Assembly: GCF_964355755.1 (NCBI RefSeq) | Contig: NC_092680.1 | Location: 19,353,045-19,417,044, forward strand | DNA from: Antedon mediterranea | Lineage: Eukaryota; Animalia; Echinodermata | DNA: 64,000 nt | Direction of reading: 5' to 3' | Shown: one piece after another, positions 11,977-24,762 of the stretch | How positions within the stretch are numbered: the first letter of the stretch is position 1 | How the letters are laid out: each line of letters opens with the position of its first letter | Position numbers and translations under genes: made by a program | The notes under the pieces: model-generated | What the model was told of the DNA's origin: nothing | The model's input: the letters and a program-made list of their open reading frames with translations, nothing else | Database searches by the model: none

Positions 11977-13117
11977 CAGACAAAGAAGGGGGTGTGAGAC
12001 CATCCACAGACAAAGAAGGGGTTGTAAGACCATCCACATACAAATAAGAGGGTATAAGACCATCCACATACAAATAAGAGGGTATAAGACCATCCACAGA
12101 CAAAGAAGGGGGTATAAGACCATCCACAGACAAAGAAGGGGTGTAAGACTATCCACAGACAAAGAAGGAGTGTAAGACCATCCACACACAAAGAAAGGGG
12201 TGTAAGACCATCCACATACAAAAATGGGGTGTAATACCATCAACGAACAATTCAAAGAAAGGGATGTAATACCATCAACAGACAAAGAAGGGGTATAAGA
12301 CCGTCCACAGAAAAAGAAAGGGGTGTAACACCATCCACAGACAAAGAAGGGGTGTAGGACCGTCCACAGACAAAGAAGGGGGTGCAAGACAATCCACTGG
12401 CAAAGAAAGGGGTATAGGACCACTTACAGACAAAGAAGGGGTATAAGACCATCCACAGACAAAAAAGGAGGTGTAGGAACGTTAACGTCCACAGACAAAG
12501 AAGGGGATGTAAGACCACCCACAGACAACGAAGGGGTGTAAGACCATCCACATACAAAGAAGGGATTATAAGACCACCAACAGACAAAGAAGTGGGTGTA
12601 GGACCATCCACAGACAAAGAAGGGGGTGTAGGACCATCCACAGACAAAGAAGTGGGTGTAGGACCATCCACAGACAAAGAAGGGGGTGTAGGACCATCCA
12701 CAGACAAAGAAGGGGGTGTAGGACCATCCACAGACAAAGAAGTGGGTGTAGGACCATCCACAGACAAAGAAGGGGGTGTAGGACCATCCACAGACAAAAA
12801 AGTTGGTGTAGGACCATCCACAGACAAAGAAGGGGGTGTAAGACCATCTACAGACAAAGAAAGGGGCGGTTTAATACCATCAACAGACAAAGAAGGGGTA
12901 TAAGACCATCCACAGAAGGGGGTATAAGACCGTCCACAGACAAAGAAATGGGTGTAAGACCATCCACAGACAAAGAAGGGTGCATAAGACCATCCACAGA
13001 CAAAGAAGGGGGTGTAGGACAATCCCCAGAAAAAGAAGGGGGTGTACGGTGGGGGGGGGGGGGTGTAGGACCATCCACATACAAAGAAGGGGTGTAAGAC
13101 CATCAACAGACACAGAA
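11977..13117. repeat. ~30-bp minisatellite, roughly 38 copies
   Basis: Unit GTAGGACCATCCACAGACAAAGAAGGGGGT; exact 30-bp period at ~12580-12850, degenerate at the edges. Confidence 0.95.
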
Positions 13118-13149
13118 ATATAAAAAGTTCTTTGTATGGTCATTAATAA

Positions 13150-13621
13150 TTAATGGCAGGTTTCCCGTGGGAATTCCAGAATATTTTTCACATGCCAGCA
13201 TCGTCACTCAACGAGATTTCAAGCAAGGGGAAATCTTGCCATTCCAAAATACAAAAGTAATGTTGGTCAATTTTCTGTCCGATATTCTGGTGCTAATTCA
13301 TGGAACGAGATACCAGAAAATATTTTAAACATGACTCTAAAATTATATTTAAACGGAAATTAAAGCAATTCTTACTTTAGTTATATAATTATTTATTTTA
13401 TTTATCTTATTTATGAAAAAGTGTAGTAATATTTAAATTTTAAAATATATAAATGGGATTGTTTTAACTTATTAAGTTTTTATTTTTAGTTTGTGTAAAA
13501 GGGGCTGGACTTGATTAGTGTTTACACTATTTTCTAGCCCCTTCCTTATGTTTTAAAATTTAATATTATTTATCATTGTAAAACAAAATATTATTTGGAA
13601 AATAAAGTTGAAGTTGAAGTT
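13150..13621 (+). mobile_element. 3' end of a CR1/L2-group LINE
   Basis: HRHSTRFQARGNLAIPKYKSNVGQFSVRYSGANSWNEIPE...FKRKLKQFLL, then a 3' UTR hairpin (AAGGGGCTGGA..TCTAGCCCCTT) and an AATAAA(GTTGAA)n tail. Confidence 0.7.
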
Positions 13622-15059
13622 AATATATTGATATAAACACGATCATCATACTATTCATTTGACATTCAAATACAGTCTCAAAAAGAAGCTCATACTATCA
13701 CCTTTTCGAGGTTTTACGGTATTCAATAACATGTATGTTATTTCCTCTGTCAAATAACTTTTAGCGAATCAGAAGGTGCCAACATCATTGAACTAATGGT
13801 ACCACCAAGCACAATGTTTACCAATTTTATGTACTATATACAATTTAAGTCCATTAATCATTTAATATAATTACGCCTATCAGGTCAAAGTTCAAAATTA
13901 GATGCATTTAAGACCAACAAAAACCACATACAGTATATTCACATAATTAAAAATCAATAAATTAATGTCAAAGGTCATAAATTGCATTTCCAATCATTTT
14001 ATGTGAAAATGTTTCATTACTACAAATATAAATGTATTTATTCTGAACAAAATGACACCAAAATCGATTGAAAATGACCAGTAGTTAGAACAGAGATATA
14101 CAAATACGAGGTCAAAGGTCAAACTGTAAGAATCGTCATTTCCGGTCATTTTTGGACGAAACTTTTCATTAGAGCAAATAGAAATATATAGTTTGTGAAC
14201 AATTTGAGACCAGAAAGTCTAATGTGTATAGTTGCCAAGATATGACATTTTTTGTTTTTATGGTGGCCATTTTGAAATCAAGATTGCCGCCATACCGGAC
14301 GTTGGACACTTGGCACCCCTCGATATTTTGAATCTATATACATCAAAGAAACTTTGTGGAAAGTTTCATGCTTTGGTAATAAAGTGCACAACTTGGCTAT
14401 TTTTATGGCGTTAACTGCTCTACTATAATAAGGAAGACTAGCTACGTCTGTGTTTTACGTTAGTATACTTTATATGTAGATAATTTATTGTTTAATTAGG
14501 GAGTGGTTTTTAATCTACTACAGTCGCTGACTCTCTAGGCCTACTACTACTAAGTACTACTAGCATGGTCCGGAGTAAATTACTTATGCTACAGTACCAG
14601 CCTAGTCATCAAGGCTAGGCCTAAGTTACTGTATTTCTAATGTTGACCTTGTTCCTGCACTATAACAATGTCCTTATGGCAGGTAGTGCCAGGATCAATA
14701 ACATCCTTTACAAATTGCCATCATTCAAGCATAAAAATAGGTTAACTTCTTGCTAATTGCTTTGTTCATTTATTTTGTAGGCCCTAGCTTAGCCCTACAT
14801 TTTTTAGAATGCTTCAAATCAGTTTGAACATTTGAAGGAGTAGACTCTGATTCAATTGTGTCTGTGTTTAACTTTTAGTGTTTTAATTTTGAAGCAGAAA
14901 ACAGGAACATCTTTAAATCTATTCATCGTTTGATTTGACAGGTAAACTCCGGTCTAGACCTACAACCATTGAAATCTTGAAAAGGAATGATGGCTAATAA
15001 CTTTTGTAAAGACACCTTAAGATATAATGTTTTATTTCTTTTATTCTAATATCTAGAGT

Positions 15060-17001
15060 ATGGCCTGCATTCCACCACCAAATTTTAGCTGGGTGGTAGC
15101 AAGCCGATTAGCTGCCCATGCCTTACCAGAATCTAAGCAACATCTCCAGTACCTGTTCAACATCGGTATCTATCATTTAGTTACTTTAATGAGCGAAGGC
15201 ATTCCTCCGATGGAGACCGTACCAGAATTGAAATGGACAAGGATACCTATAGAAGATTTTACACCACCGTCTATTTCTCAGATTGAAACATTTGTGGACA
15301 TTGTTGATTCTGCAGTTGCAGTAGGTAAAGTGAGTACTAAAGTCATGATTTACATCACAGAGGCAGAGAATGGCTAAGCTGGCCACCATATTTTTTAGAC
15401 GAAAGTGTCTGAGAGATTCCTATCTAGGAAAACAACTTTATGTAATTAACATTGTATAAAACTTACACCAAGTAAAAAGAGGAAAATCATGATTCATTGT
15501 TTCAATCTTTATTGGATCATCATCACTGATTGGAATCATCAGTACATCTGTTGGTTTTTAAAGTATATATGTATATTATTTCAATTTGTTATAGGCAGTA
15601 TCAGTACATTGTTTACGTGGAAGAGGTAGAACTGGCACCATGCTGGCTAGCTATCTGGTCAAGTCAAAAGGTATCTCACCAGAAGAAGCTATTAGAGAAG
15701 TGAGGACAATGAGACCAGGCTCAATAGAAACATCAAGTCAGGAGGATGTCATCAAGGAATACTCAGTATTTCTTAAGGCTCATTCTAGGTATTATGTTTG
15801 TCATAATGATATGAACTTTTACACAAATCAGACCGATCCATTATGTGGTTTGGTCATCACCTGGACCCAGAATCCCCCAATACTGTTCAAGGAATCTTGC
15901 AGTAGAGGAAAGGGAAGCAAGTCTCTATGTCCATATATGTGCACAATGAATAAACTTTGTATTCAATGTGTGTGTGGTAAATAAATAAAATACTGGTTCC
16001 TAGGTTGTCAGAAATCGAACACCCTCTCAATTGTTTGACTGTGAAAAATTAACCAAAGCTTTCTTTTTATCCTGATATAGGTATTTAGATTCAAGGGAGA
16101 AGCCCCCTCCTTACTTCTCATGGGTTGTGCCAAATCTTCTAGCAGCACATGGCTTCCCAACAGAACCTTGCCATTTTGAATACCTCAGTTCAATTGGTAT
16201 ACGACACATGGTATCGGTAGCAACAGAGAACCGGCCTGATATAGACCAGTGTGTAGGTATGAAGTGGACATCTATTGGAGTAGATGATTTCAAAGCACCA
16301 AACCTAAACCAAGTTACACAATTTATACAACTTGTTGAAGATACTCAAGAAAAAAATGAGGTTTGTCCAACACCAAAGTTTATATTTCAAACTCAAAACT
16401 CCAAATATAATTTTTAAAATTTTTATATATGATATAGGCCTACTTAGTAATATGATTTTTTGTATATAACATTTTAAATATTATTTATCATCTCGTCTAA
16501 GGAAATCAAATTATGTCAATAAATAAATTATTAGAATTTTTTTTATTTAGGATTTTAACACATTCCATATAATATCAAAATAATCAAATAAGAAAATGCA
16601 ACATGTATATGTAATCTTACAATGTTTCTTTATCACTGATAATCTCATAATAGTGTATTCGATTCTTATGAATCACACTGTTGATTTTTGTATTCTTTTT
16701 GTTTGTGCATCTTGGACAGCTCCCATAATTGTGCAGCTGATGTCGGTGATATTTTGATAAAAATCCATGCAATTGCTAAATAAAATGTGAACTTTCTTTA
16801 CCATTTTAATAGGCCTTGTCGGTGCATTGTCAACGTGGTTGCGGAAGAACAGGCTCTTTACTAGCCTGTTATTTTATCAAAGCGTTTGACATGAACGCAG
16901 AAGAGGCGGTTGAAAAGATCCGAGAACTGCGATATGGGTCAATTGAAACTACTGAACAACAAACAATAGTTCATGAATATTTTGATAGCTTGCAAGTTTA
17001 A
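15060..17001 (+). CDS. DUSP23: DUSP23-like dual-specificity phosphatase with two tandem catalytic domains (~310 aa)
   Basis: Exons 15060-15329, 15595-15788, 16081-16360, 16813-17001; all GT-AG, intron phases 0/2/0, 933 nt. Each half has PP(N/Y)FSWV, (E/D)DF.(P/A)P, HCX5RTG (HCLRGRGRT; HCQRGCGRT) and R.GSIET..Q. Probable 5' UTR exon at 14898-14941. Confidence 0.9.
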
Positions 17002-18270
17002 TTGTTTCGTTTTAAAGGATTTCATTAATCGGTGCTGTAATTTTTTTTAAATATTGCAGATAGAGTCAGTTATTATTATTCTTACTACAGTATATACCCT
17101 CCTCTTTTGGGACACCCATATTCACAGGCCCACCCAGCCAAAGTTTCCCCCCCCCCCCCCACCACCACATTATTGACTCCCAAAAGGTGTCCCTTAATAG
17201 AGGTCCTTTTGTATTTTTTTTAAATCTTATATACAGTATTTATTTGTTTACTCATTTGTCAATGAAAAAACATAAAAAAAAAAATATTGATTCACAAACT
17301 GTGAAGTGTTTTCCTCGCACAATGTTTTATTTATATGTTGTATCATACATATCTGTAGTTTTACAATAATGGACTTGAAACCATGATTGCGTATTTTACA
17401 ACAACAGAAATTATTATTAGTATTTTTTTTAAATTTGAAATATAAGGCAGCCTATGTATGAATTTTAATTCCTAATTACACAGTATTTTAAAGGTTACTA
17501 AACTTTATAATAAATTTATAAATAACATATCTTTTTAAGTAGTTTTTTGTTTATTATTTTGAATTTCAAAAATGAATTGGTTGTTTTAAACAACTGGAGT
17601 GTATCATAAAACAGGCTGTGTTTTCCACAAAAAAATATGTACAACCATTTTAGAAAATAAAGATTTTCATATATTCATCTAATTATCTTACTGTGTTTAT
17701 GTTAAATCTGTGGGAAAGTCCAACAATAATAATTATAAATAATTATAATAATTATTTTCATTAAAACACATTTTTAGATTTTTTAAACTTTTCTTAAATA
17801 TTTTTCTGAAAAGCGCCCTCTTTTTAAATTATTAGAAGAATGCGGGGAGGCTGTTCTTATTTCCATTGAAATAATGATAAAAATTAATAAAATAAAACGA
17901 AGTTTAAAACAAATTATTTCCTTAGAAAAAAGACCAAATAAACAATTAAATTTAACCAAAAACATGTTGACTTCCAGACAATTTTTTTCTGATTCAATCA
18001 CATCGGTTTTATTTGATAGCCTTGGTTTTAAAAGTTAATTTATTTTATCTAATTTTTGAAAACTGAATTTGATTTTTGTTTGCGGGACAATATATCTTTA
18101 ACAATCAATTTGAATTTAAGTTAAAATATTTGTTGCAATTTAATGATAATTGTGCCATCATTGCAATGATTAAACCCCTGTATTGTTTCTCAATAATACT
18201 TGTTATTTTACTGATGAGTTTACTTGCATTGTACGGCATTTTTTCTGGTCAGATTCCATTCCTTCTTCTT

Positions 18271-20884
18271 CTACCTTGGTGTTGATATTATCTGAAAGCT
18301 GTGAGGTACTCGTGTTGCTGCTATTTTTCCACGTAAATTAGGAGTTGGAGCATTTTCTGGCCTGGTAATATTGAAATTCATCATGATATTTGTAAAGAAT
18401 AAATACAGCTCCATTTTAGCCAATTGCTGCCCGAGACACTCACGACGACCTACATGAGAGTATAAATCATTTTATTTGTATTAATTAATTAATTAATAAT
18501 AATTAATGAAGGCGCATTTCCCACAACCCACTCTTCTATATCAAATAGGCTATAATCTGATTTTTTGTTTTGCCATAATAGGCTACAATCAAAATATGAA
18601 TGTTTGAATTTTGATCTTCAATGGACTCCATTGGAAACTTCAAGCGCCATTTATCGTAATGATTAATAACAAACACACTAACAAACTTTAGTTTGTAATA
18701 ATTCTACTTTGTAGTAGAGTTTGGAATGAGTTTGTTAGTAGATCAGCTGACAAACACCGTCTGTGTTGGCCTAAAGGTTTCTGAGCAGAAAAAATCCAAC
18801 AGCGGGTAAACTCGAAGTTTCCAAACAAAAGTTTGCTAGTGTATTGTACTTCTTGTTTGGAGACTATTTTGAGAAGTGATTCATATCTTATCTAGCCCAA
18901 TTACTGGAGCCCCTCATTGTTTCTATATGGAGGAAGACTGTAAAGCACCCACGACTGAGTTCTCAAACCTCAGCAAACTATAGTTTGTCAAGAAGTTACA
19001 CGGCCTAACTTCTGCAAACTACAGTTGGCAAACAAAACAGTAGACTAGGTCAGCATATACTGATGTTACGTACGGTATATTGCTAATCATCTTTTAGACT
19101 AATAATATAAACTATGGTCTTACCAATACAAAACGGTATTAATTCTTCTCGACGAATTACTTGATTGTTTTCATCAAGGAATCGTTCCGGATGAAATGCT
19201 TCTGGATTTTCCCAAATTTTTGGATCTCGCAGAACAGCAAATATGTTTGGAATGAAGATTGTACCCTTTTCGACATCATAACCTCGGAAGGTGGTGTTAA
19301 AAGAGGCGGCATGAGGCACTCCTAGAGGAACAATCGCTCCCATTCTCTGAATCTCCAAGAGCACAGCTTCAGTGTAAGGAAGCTTTTGAATATGAGCTTT
19401 TGTTGGATGGTTGCCTGCTCCCACCACCTGATCAAGTTCATCCTGAACCTTCTGTTGAACCTCTGGATATAGACACATGTACAGCATTGCCCAGAGGAGT
19501 GTTGTTGCTGTGGTTTCCGTACCAGCGACGAATAAATCTGCAGTAACAAATGCCATGTTATCCTCATCGAAGGAACTTGTAATGTCGTCTTTGTTCTTGG
19601 TAATTTCATTTCGAAAAATATCAACAAAATCACGTGGGTTTTCTGGGTCGTATTCTCGCAAATGTTCATTGAAAATATCCAACTGGAAAGCCTTGAACGT
19701 TAGATAATTTTTCCACAACTCAGCAAAAGCAGTACGCGGAAAATATTTTAAAACGGGAAAGAAATTCATTGCGCTAGCATTGGTGGAAAGTTCAATACTG
19801 CGGTGCATTACTCTAAGCATTTCCAAAAACACTGCGTCATTGTAATCAAATCGACGACCAAAGAGAATTGAACACGTGACATTTGATACGGATGTACTGG
19901 TGAGATGTGCAGGATCAAATGGAACATTGGTGAAGTTGTTTTTGATGTGATCAACGAATACATCTATTTCTTCTGTAATTTTGTCCTCAAAAGTCTGTTT
20001 TCCCATGCCGAAAGTACGAAGCACAGAAAGAGCAAAACGCCTCTGATCCTTTTGTCCGTTCTCGTGATAAGCTCCGATGAGACCTTCGTTTAAAGAAATT
20101 ATGCGTGTTTTAGATGTTATTCTCATCATGGAGGAAATTTCCTCCACGTTCTCATGTATGTGGTTTTAATAAAAGGCTTTCAATACTATACTTATAATTT
20201 TACAACAATTTTGTGTAATCATACACGCTCAAGATTCAACATAATAGGTTCTTTTTTAGTTTAAATCTTCTATTTTAATGATACTGGACATTTATAAGAG
20301 AGGTAACAAATAGCCTATTCAGACTCTGTTCCAACTGTTTAGGATTGTGAATAGTATTTCCAATTGGACAATTAAAAACATTCATAGATAGGCCTATAAG
20401 TACACTTCAACTGAATGAGACTAAAAACTTTAAAAATGCTCTCATTTAAGCACCTTCTTTTTTAGTTAGAGTTTTATACCATGACTTTCTACATCCAATA
20501 GGCATAAAAAGCCTGCATCTTCTTTTCAAATAACCTACCTCGTCCTTTACTGATACCATCAAACATTACCATCCTTGGCCTGTCGTTGAAGGTGTCTCCA
20601 GATTTCACAAAAGCCTCCTTGATGCTGTCATAGTCACTCAATACCACTACTGGAAATACACCAAGTTTCAATCTCATAACATTGCCATACTTTTTAGCCA
20701 ATGTCGTCATGGTCTCGTGGGGGACCTCGCCCACCAGTGACAAAATATTCCCAATGTACGGCCATCCCCATGGTCCAGGTGGCAATTTTGTTTTTCTGCG
20801 AGTCCCATACAAAAAATATACGAACAGAACGAACGTAACTATTGGTAGAAAGACAGACTTCCACTCAAAATGTGCAGTCGCCAT
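18271..20884 (-). CDS. Cytochrome P450, clan 2 / CYP2-like (copy A, 494 aa)
   Basis: Exons 20884-20539, 20083-19124, 18449-18271 (phase-1 introns). PPGPWGWP, AGTETT, EIQR, PERF, heme motif FCIG|RRECLG. Confidence 0.95.
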
Positions 20885-21647
20885 TATCTTATATCAAACG
20901 TATGCTGTTGTGCAAGAGTTTACAACGGTAGATATATATATATATATATATATGACACCTCTTTCAATGTAAATATGAATATTCAATCGAGATTACTGAT
21001 TTGTGCACATAGCCTAATATTGGTATGTTTACTTTACTTGTGTACTTTACCGTACATACCACACGATAAGCATCAATATTTCAATATGAAATTAGGCCTA
21101 TACATAAATTAAAGTTCAAGAATCAAAATGCAGCCCTTCACAAATCGTATGACCTTGACATCAGTTGTGTAGGTCCAGTGTGGCCAGCGATCGAAAGTAA
21201 ATTATGCTAGATGGCAGCACAACATTATTCCAGATTATGCCAGACACAATTACGACGAAAATGTCACAAAAACAATGAATTATAGGGCGGTGTAAAAAAA
21301 AGGTCTTCTAAAAAGATGACTTTTACAAAATATGCACGTACATCATATTTGTACAAAGTTAGCAATTGGTCAATGTCTGAACTATCAACCAGGCGAGATT
21401 TCTATTACTAAATGTTCTTTCATGAGTATTGTTATATGTTTACAAGGTCAAATTGTATATTACATATTGTATTCTGGAACTATCATATGCAAGATGAGTT
21501 TATGACAGATGAGTTTATGACAGATGAGTTTATGACAGATGTCTTTTATGACATTTTTATGAACTTGAACTTCATATTTATCTAGTAGTACGTTAGTCGT
21601 GTGATAACAAAAGATATGTTCTATTTATTATTATTCTAATGTATTCT

Positions 21648-22172
21648 GATGTATTGTCCCTTGAAACACAAAAAATGAAGGTCGAAATATTCTAAATTTA
21701 AATTGGCCATATCAAAGTAGTAATATTAAAGTTATTCACTTTAAGTCGAAAATTCGAGCCAAGAACAACAAGTTTACGTAATTAACAAGTAAATTAATTT
21801 GATTGCATTTCGTCTGGAAAATCGTCGTAAACAAAGCTTTCAAACCACGAGTAGGTATGCATAATAGCCTATGCATGATGCTAATTAGGATTGTTTACAA
21901 CTCGTCACGGTTGAGAAGGTGTTTTCACACAGATCGCGAGGAAGTTTTATATGAGTATGCATACAGAGTAGCTATTGTCAAACAAGCGCGTTGCATTATG
22001 AGATGTTTTTGATCGAAAACTTTGACTGGAAGTCAAAGTTATTTTTTGAACAAAAAAATGTCTGTATTTCAGTTAAATTATTTTTTTTCGACTACTATTA
22101 TGATACTTCAAAATGACCCACTTTTTTCGAAATCTATTTAATATTTTTTTTGGAATTAGTCAAAGGGACAAA
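21648..22172. mobile_element. Kolobok-like family K2 element
   Basis: GATGTATTGTCCCTT ... AAGGGACAA ends; inverted, longer homologue of 39706-40019. Confidence 0.65.
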
Positions 22173-24614
22173 TTTTGAAGAAACCTTGAACTTTTACATA
22201 ATTTAAACAAAATGAATCAGCCATACCACGAGGAATGTACTTCTATTCAATCCTGTTTTATAATAATCCTATTATTTATTAAATATTAACAATACTTACT
22301 ATATAGGCCTATGTATTAAATATTAATATAGGCCTACTTAAATAGTAGCTATTATTTAAAGCTAAGCATCGAGTATTCCAATTGAGCCGTTCAGCTTTAG
22401 CTATATCATTTTGAATCATATTGATTATTTCTACTCAATTTTAATCCTGTAGTGTTTTTTTTTTTTTGGTGTGGAGGTGGAGAGGGTCTTGTAGCTCTAT
22501 TACTACTATCGTCTGACCTTATGCAATAAGCACATAATAAACAACAATACTGATATCTGGCCTACTGGGCCTAATATTAAATATTTAAACATCGGGTTTG
22601 CCAATATTGAGAATGATATAGCCATGGTTTCAGGAGAAATTTATTTTGAATGGCGAAATTTCTATTCTCTTTTATTTCCTTTCTAAGTATACATTACGCC
22701 TGCTCCTTTATAAACCTAGGTCATGCAGTGCCAGCACCATGTTGAGCTATGGAGAATTACTTTTTTTTCCGAAATAAAAGATGAATGAATGAATGATCCA
22801 GTACTATCGTGCGTCGTTCTTGTTTTAATATAAAAGGCATCAATAAAGGTTAATTGTAGTTCGCAATGATGACGTAATCTTGTTTGTTTAGTGTCTTGTA
22901 CATTTAAATTACTGCGTTATATACTATAGTATGTGTGCTTTCATTCATTTTAGTTCTTTTAACTCACGAAAAAAATGAAGAGGATCTTTCTGACCTATTA
23001 CATTATACAGAACGTAATTGTTGTTATTGAAATAAATATTGAAAAATATGTCAGGTGTCTCGTATAGGCCTACTTAGAAACAAACTTTACAAAATCCTGA
23101 TACGATTACAAAATGACGTCAAACTGTTATTACCTCTATCAATTCTCTGGGTATTAAACAATTGCTGATACTTGTTACCGTACCTAGTTCATTGTTTGAT
23201 TGTAAGTACAGGGTTACGGACGGGCCAGATCTACTTTTTTGGTAAAAATGGTATCAGATTGGTGATTCTACCATACATTTTTAGAAAGCTCATTATGTCC
23301 TATATTTCAGAAATTTATGATATAAATATAAAATAGCCATTATTAATGTTTATTTAACAGCTTTAACATAAAGTTTGCGGTACACCACGGTATATTTCTG
23401 TTCTGAAAAGAAGAAAATGCAGAAAGTCCAGGAAAGGGACTGACATGAAAGCTTCTCACTCTTGAAGATGTATATTTCATCGAAACGTCGACAAAACTTA
23501 ACAATTCTTTTCAAACTAAATATGGGTTGTGTACCGCAAACAATTTATTTAAACATATCAATTTCGCCATGCAAACCTTTAAAAACATATTTAACACCGC
23601 CTACGGAAAATATGCAACACGATATTTGGGATACATTTTTGCGTCTCGTTTTAACGGCATCATGGACCATAAATAACACGCGACTGCAGCCATGTAATGG
23701 CCTTTGTATAACATGATGATGTTACAAAAAAGTAATAATTACCTTGGTAATTGTTGCACTTGGCCTACATTTTTGTCAAGTACCAAAGTACCCTATACTC
23801 ATTTGCTAACAATTAACAGATATATTCTATTCATTCGACAAACTAGTTTAGATTTAACAAGCGAAGTGTGACATTTTTAAAAACTTCACTTTGCCTGGAT
23901 TTAAAAATATACCATGAATATGAATATCTCGATTCAGGTGTTTTTATGAACTTTCGAGGGTGTTGTTGTATATAATCTGCCCATACAACAGCAACTTCCG
24001 TGTTAACAATGAGCAGAAATTATATTATTTATATATAACTTAAAATTGTATTTGTTTTGGTCAAAATCGACATTTCCCATGCTTGTCACATGTTACAGTA
24101 CAAACTATAATAAAAAATACTGTACAGTGTTGAAAATCATTAATATTATTACTAAATATGGGCACAATAAGAGAGTATATTTGAACATGTTCTAACATTT
24201 GGCACGAGTTGACGTGTCAGTCGACTTGCGCATGCATATTATATCATAACAATGACGTCATAAGGCATCGGTCGACATACTGGACGTTCAAATCGAAAGG
24301 TCCATGTCCTTCGTTCCCATTGACATATCCGGGTAGACGCTCCGCCGGAATGGACAATTACAAATACTGCGATCTGCTTTTATAAACAACCTGTGCACCG
24401 TTGAATTCTTGTAAACAGTAGATTCTACGTAAATTTTATATTGACGTAGTTCAACTGTCATTGAGAATAATACCCGTGATCCAATTTGTATGTATAACAA
24501 TAATAATAAGATCCCGTTAATATGAGAATTATCTGTTCAAAGATGAGGCGTTTGCTAAACAATGCGCTCAAGCGTCAAAATAAATCTCTATTCATAGGTT
24601 TGATCTCTAGGTTT

Positions 24615-24720
24615 AAATTAGTTTACGTCACTAACATAACAGATTATGATTGGTCAGAGGTTTACAGTTAAATTATGATTGGTTAGAAATTTCGGTATTG
24701 GTTATATATAAACTTGAATA
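24615..24720 (+). promoter_or_regulatory. CYP-B proximal promoter (CRE-like TTACGTCA, inverted CCAAT boxes, TATA)
   Basis: GTTTACGTCA (24621), ATTGG boxes and TATATATAAA (~24703-24712), ~50 nt before the ATG. Motifs are retained in both homologous blocks upstream of CYP-C. Confidence 0.5.
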
Positions 24721-24762
24721 TTGTGGAAAAATATTGTTTAAAGATATACATTTCTTTTCACA

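Larger units (their letters stand above)
10668..14425. mobile_element. 3.76-kb non-autonomous long-TIR DNA transposon (Academ-like)
   Basis: ~500-bp inverted arms (10668-~11162 and ~13884-14425), termini TAGTAGAGCAGTTAAC...GTTAACTGCTCTACTA, and TAA direct repeat on both flanks. TAG..CTA ends with a 3-bp TSD match Academ; the superfamily call is inference. Confidence 0.75.

Noticed and set aside
11945-13143. Overlapping ORFs up to 284 aa (SLSVDGPTPP / VGPSTDKEG repeats)
   Set aside because: By-products of a 30-bp minisatellite that is open in several frames on both strands; no splice or domain support.
21150-21158. TCAAGGTCA nuclear-receptor (SF-1/ERR-type) site upstream of CYP-A
   Set aside because: A single 9-mer not shared by the paralogous promoters; could be chance.
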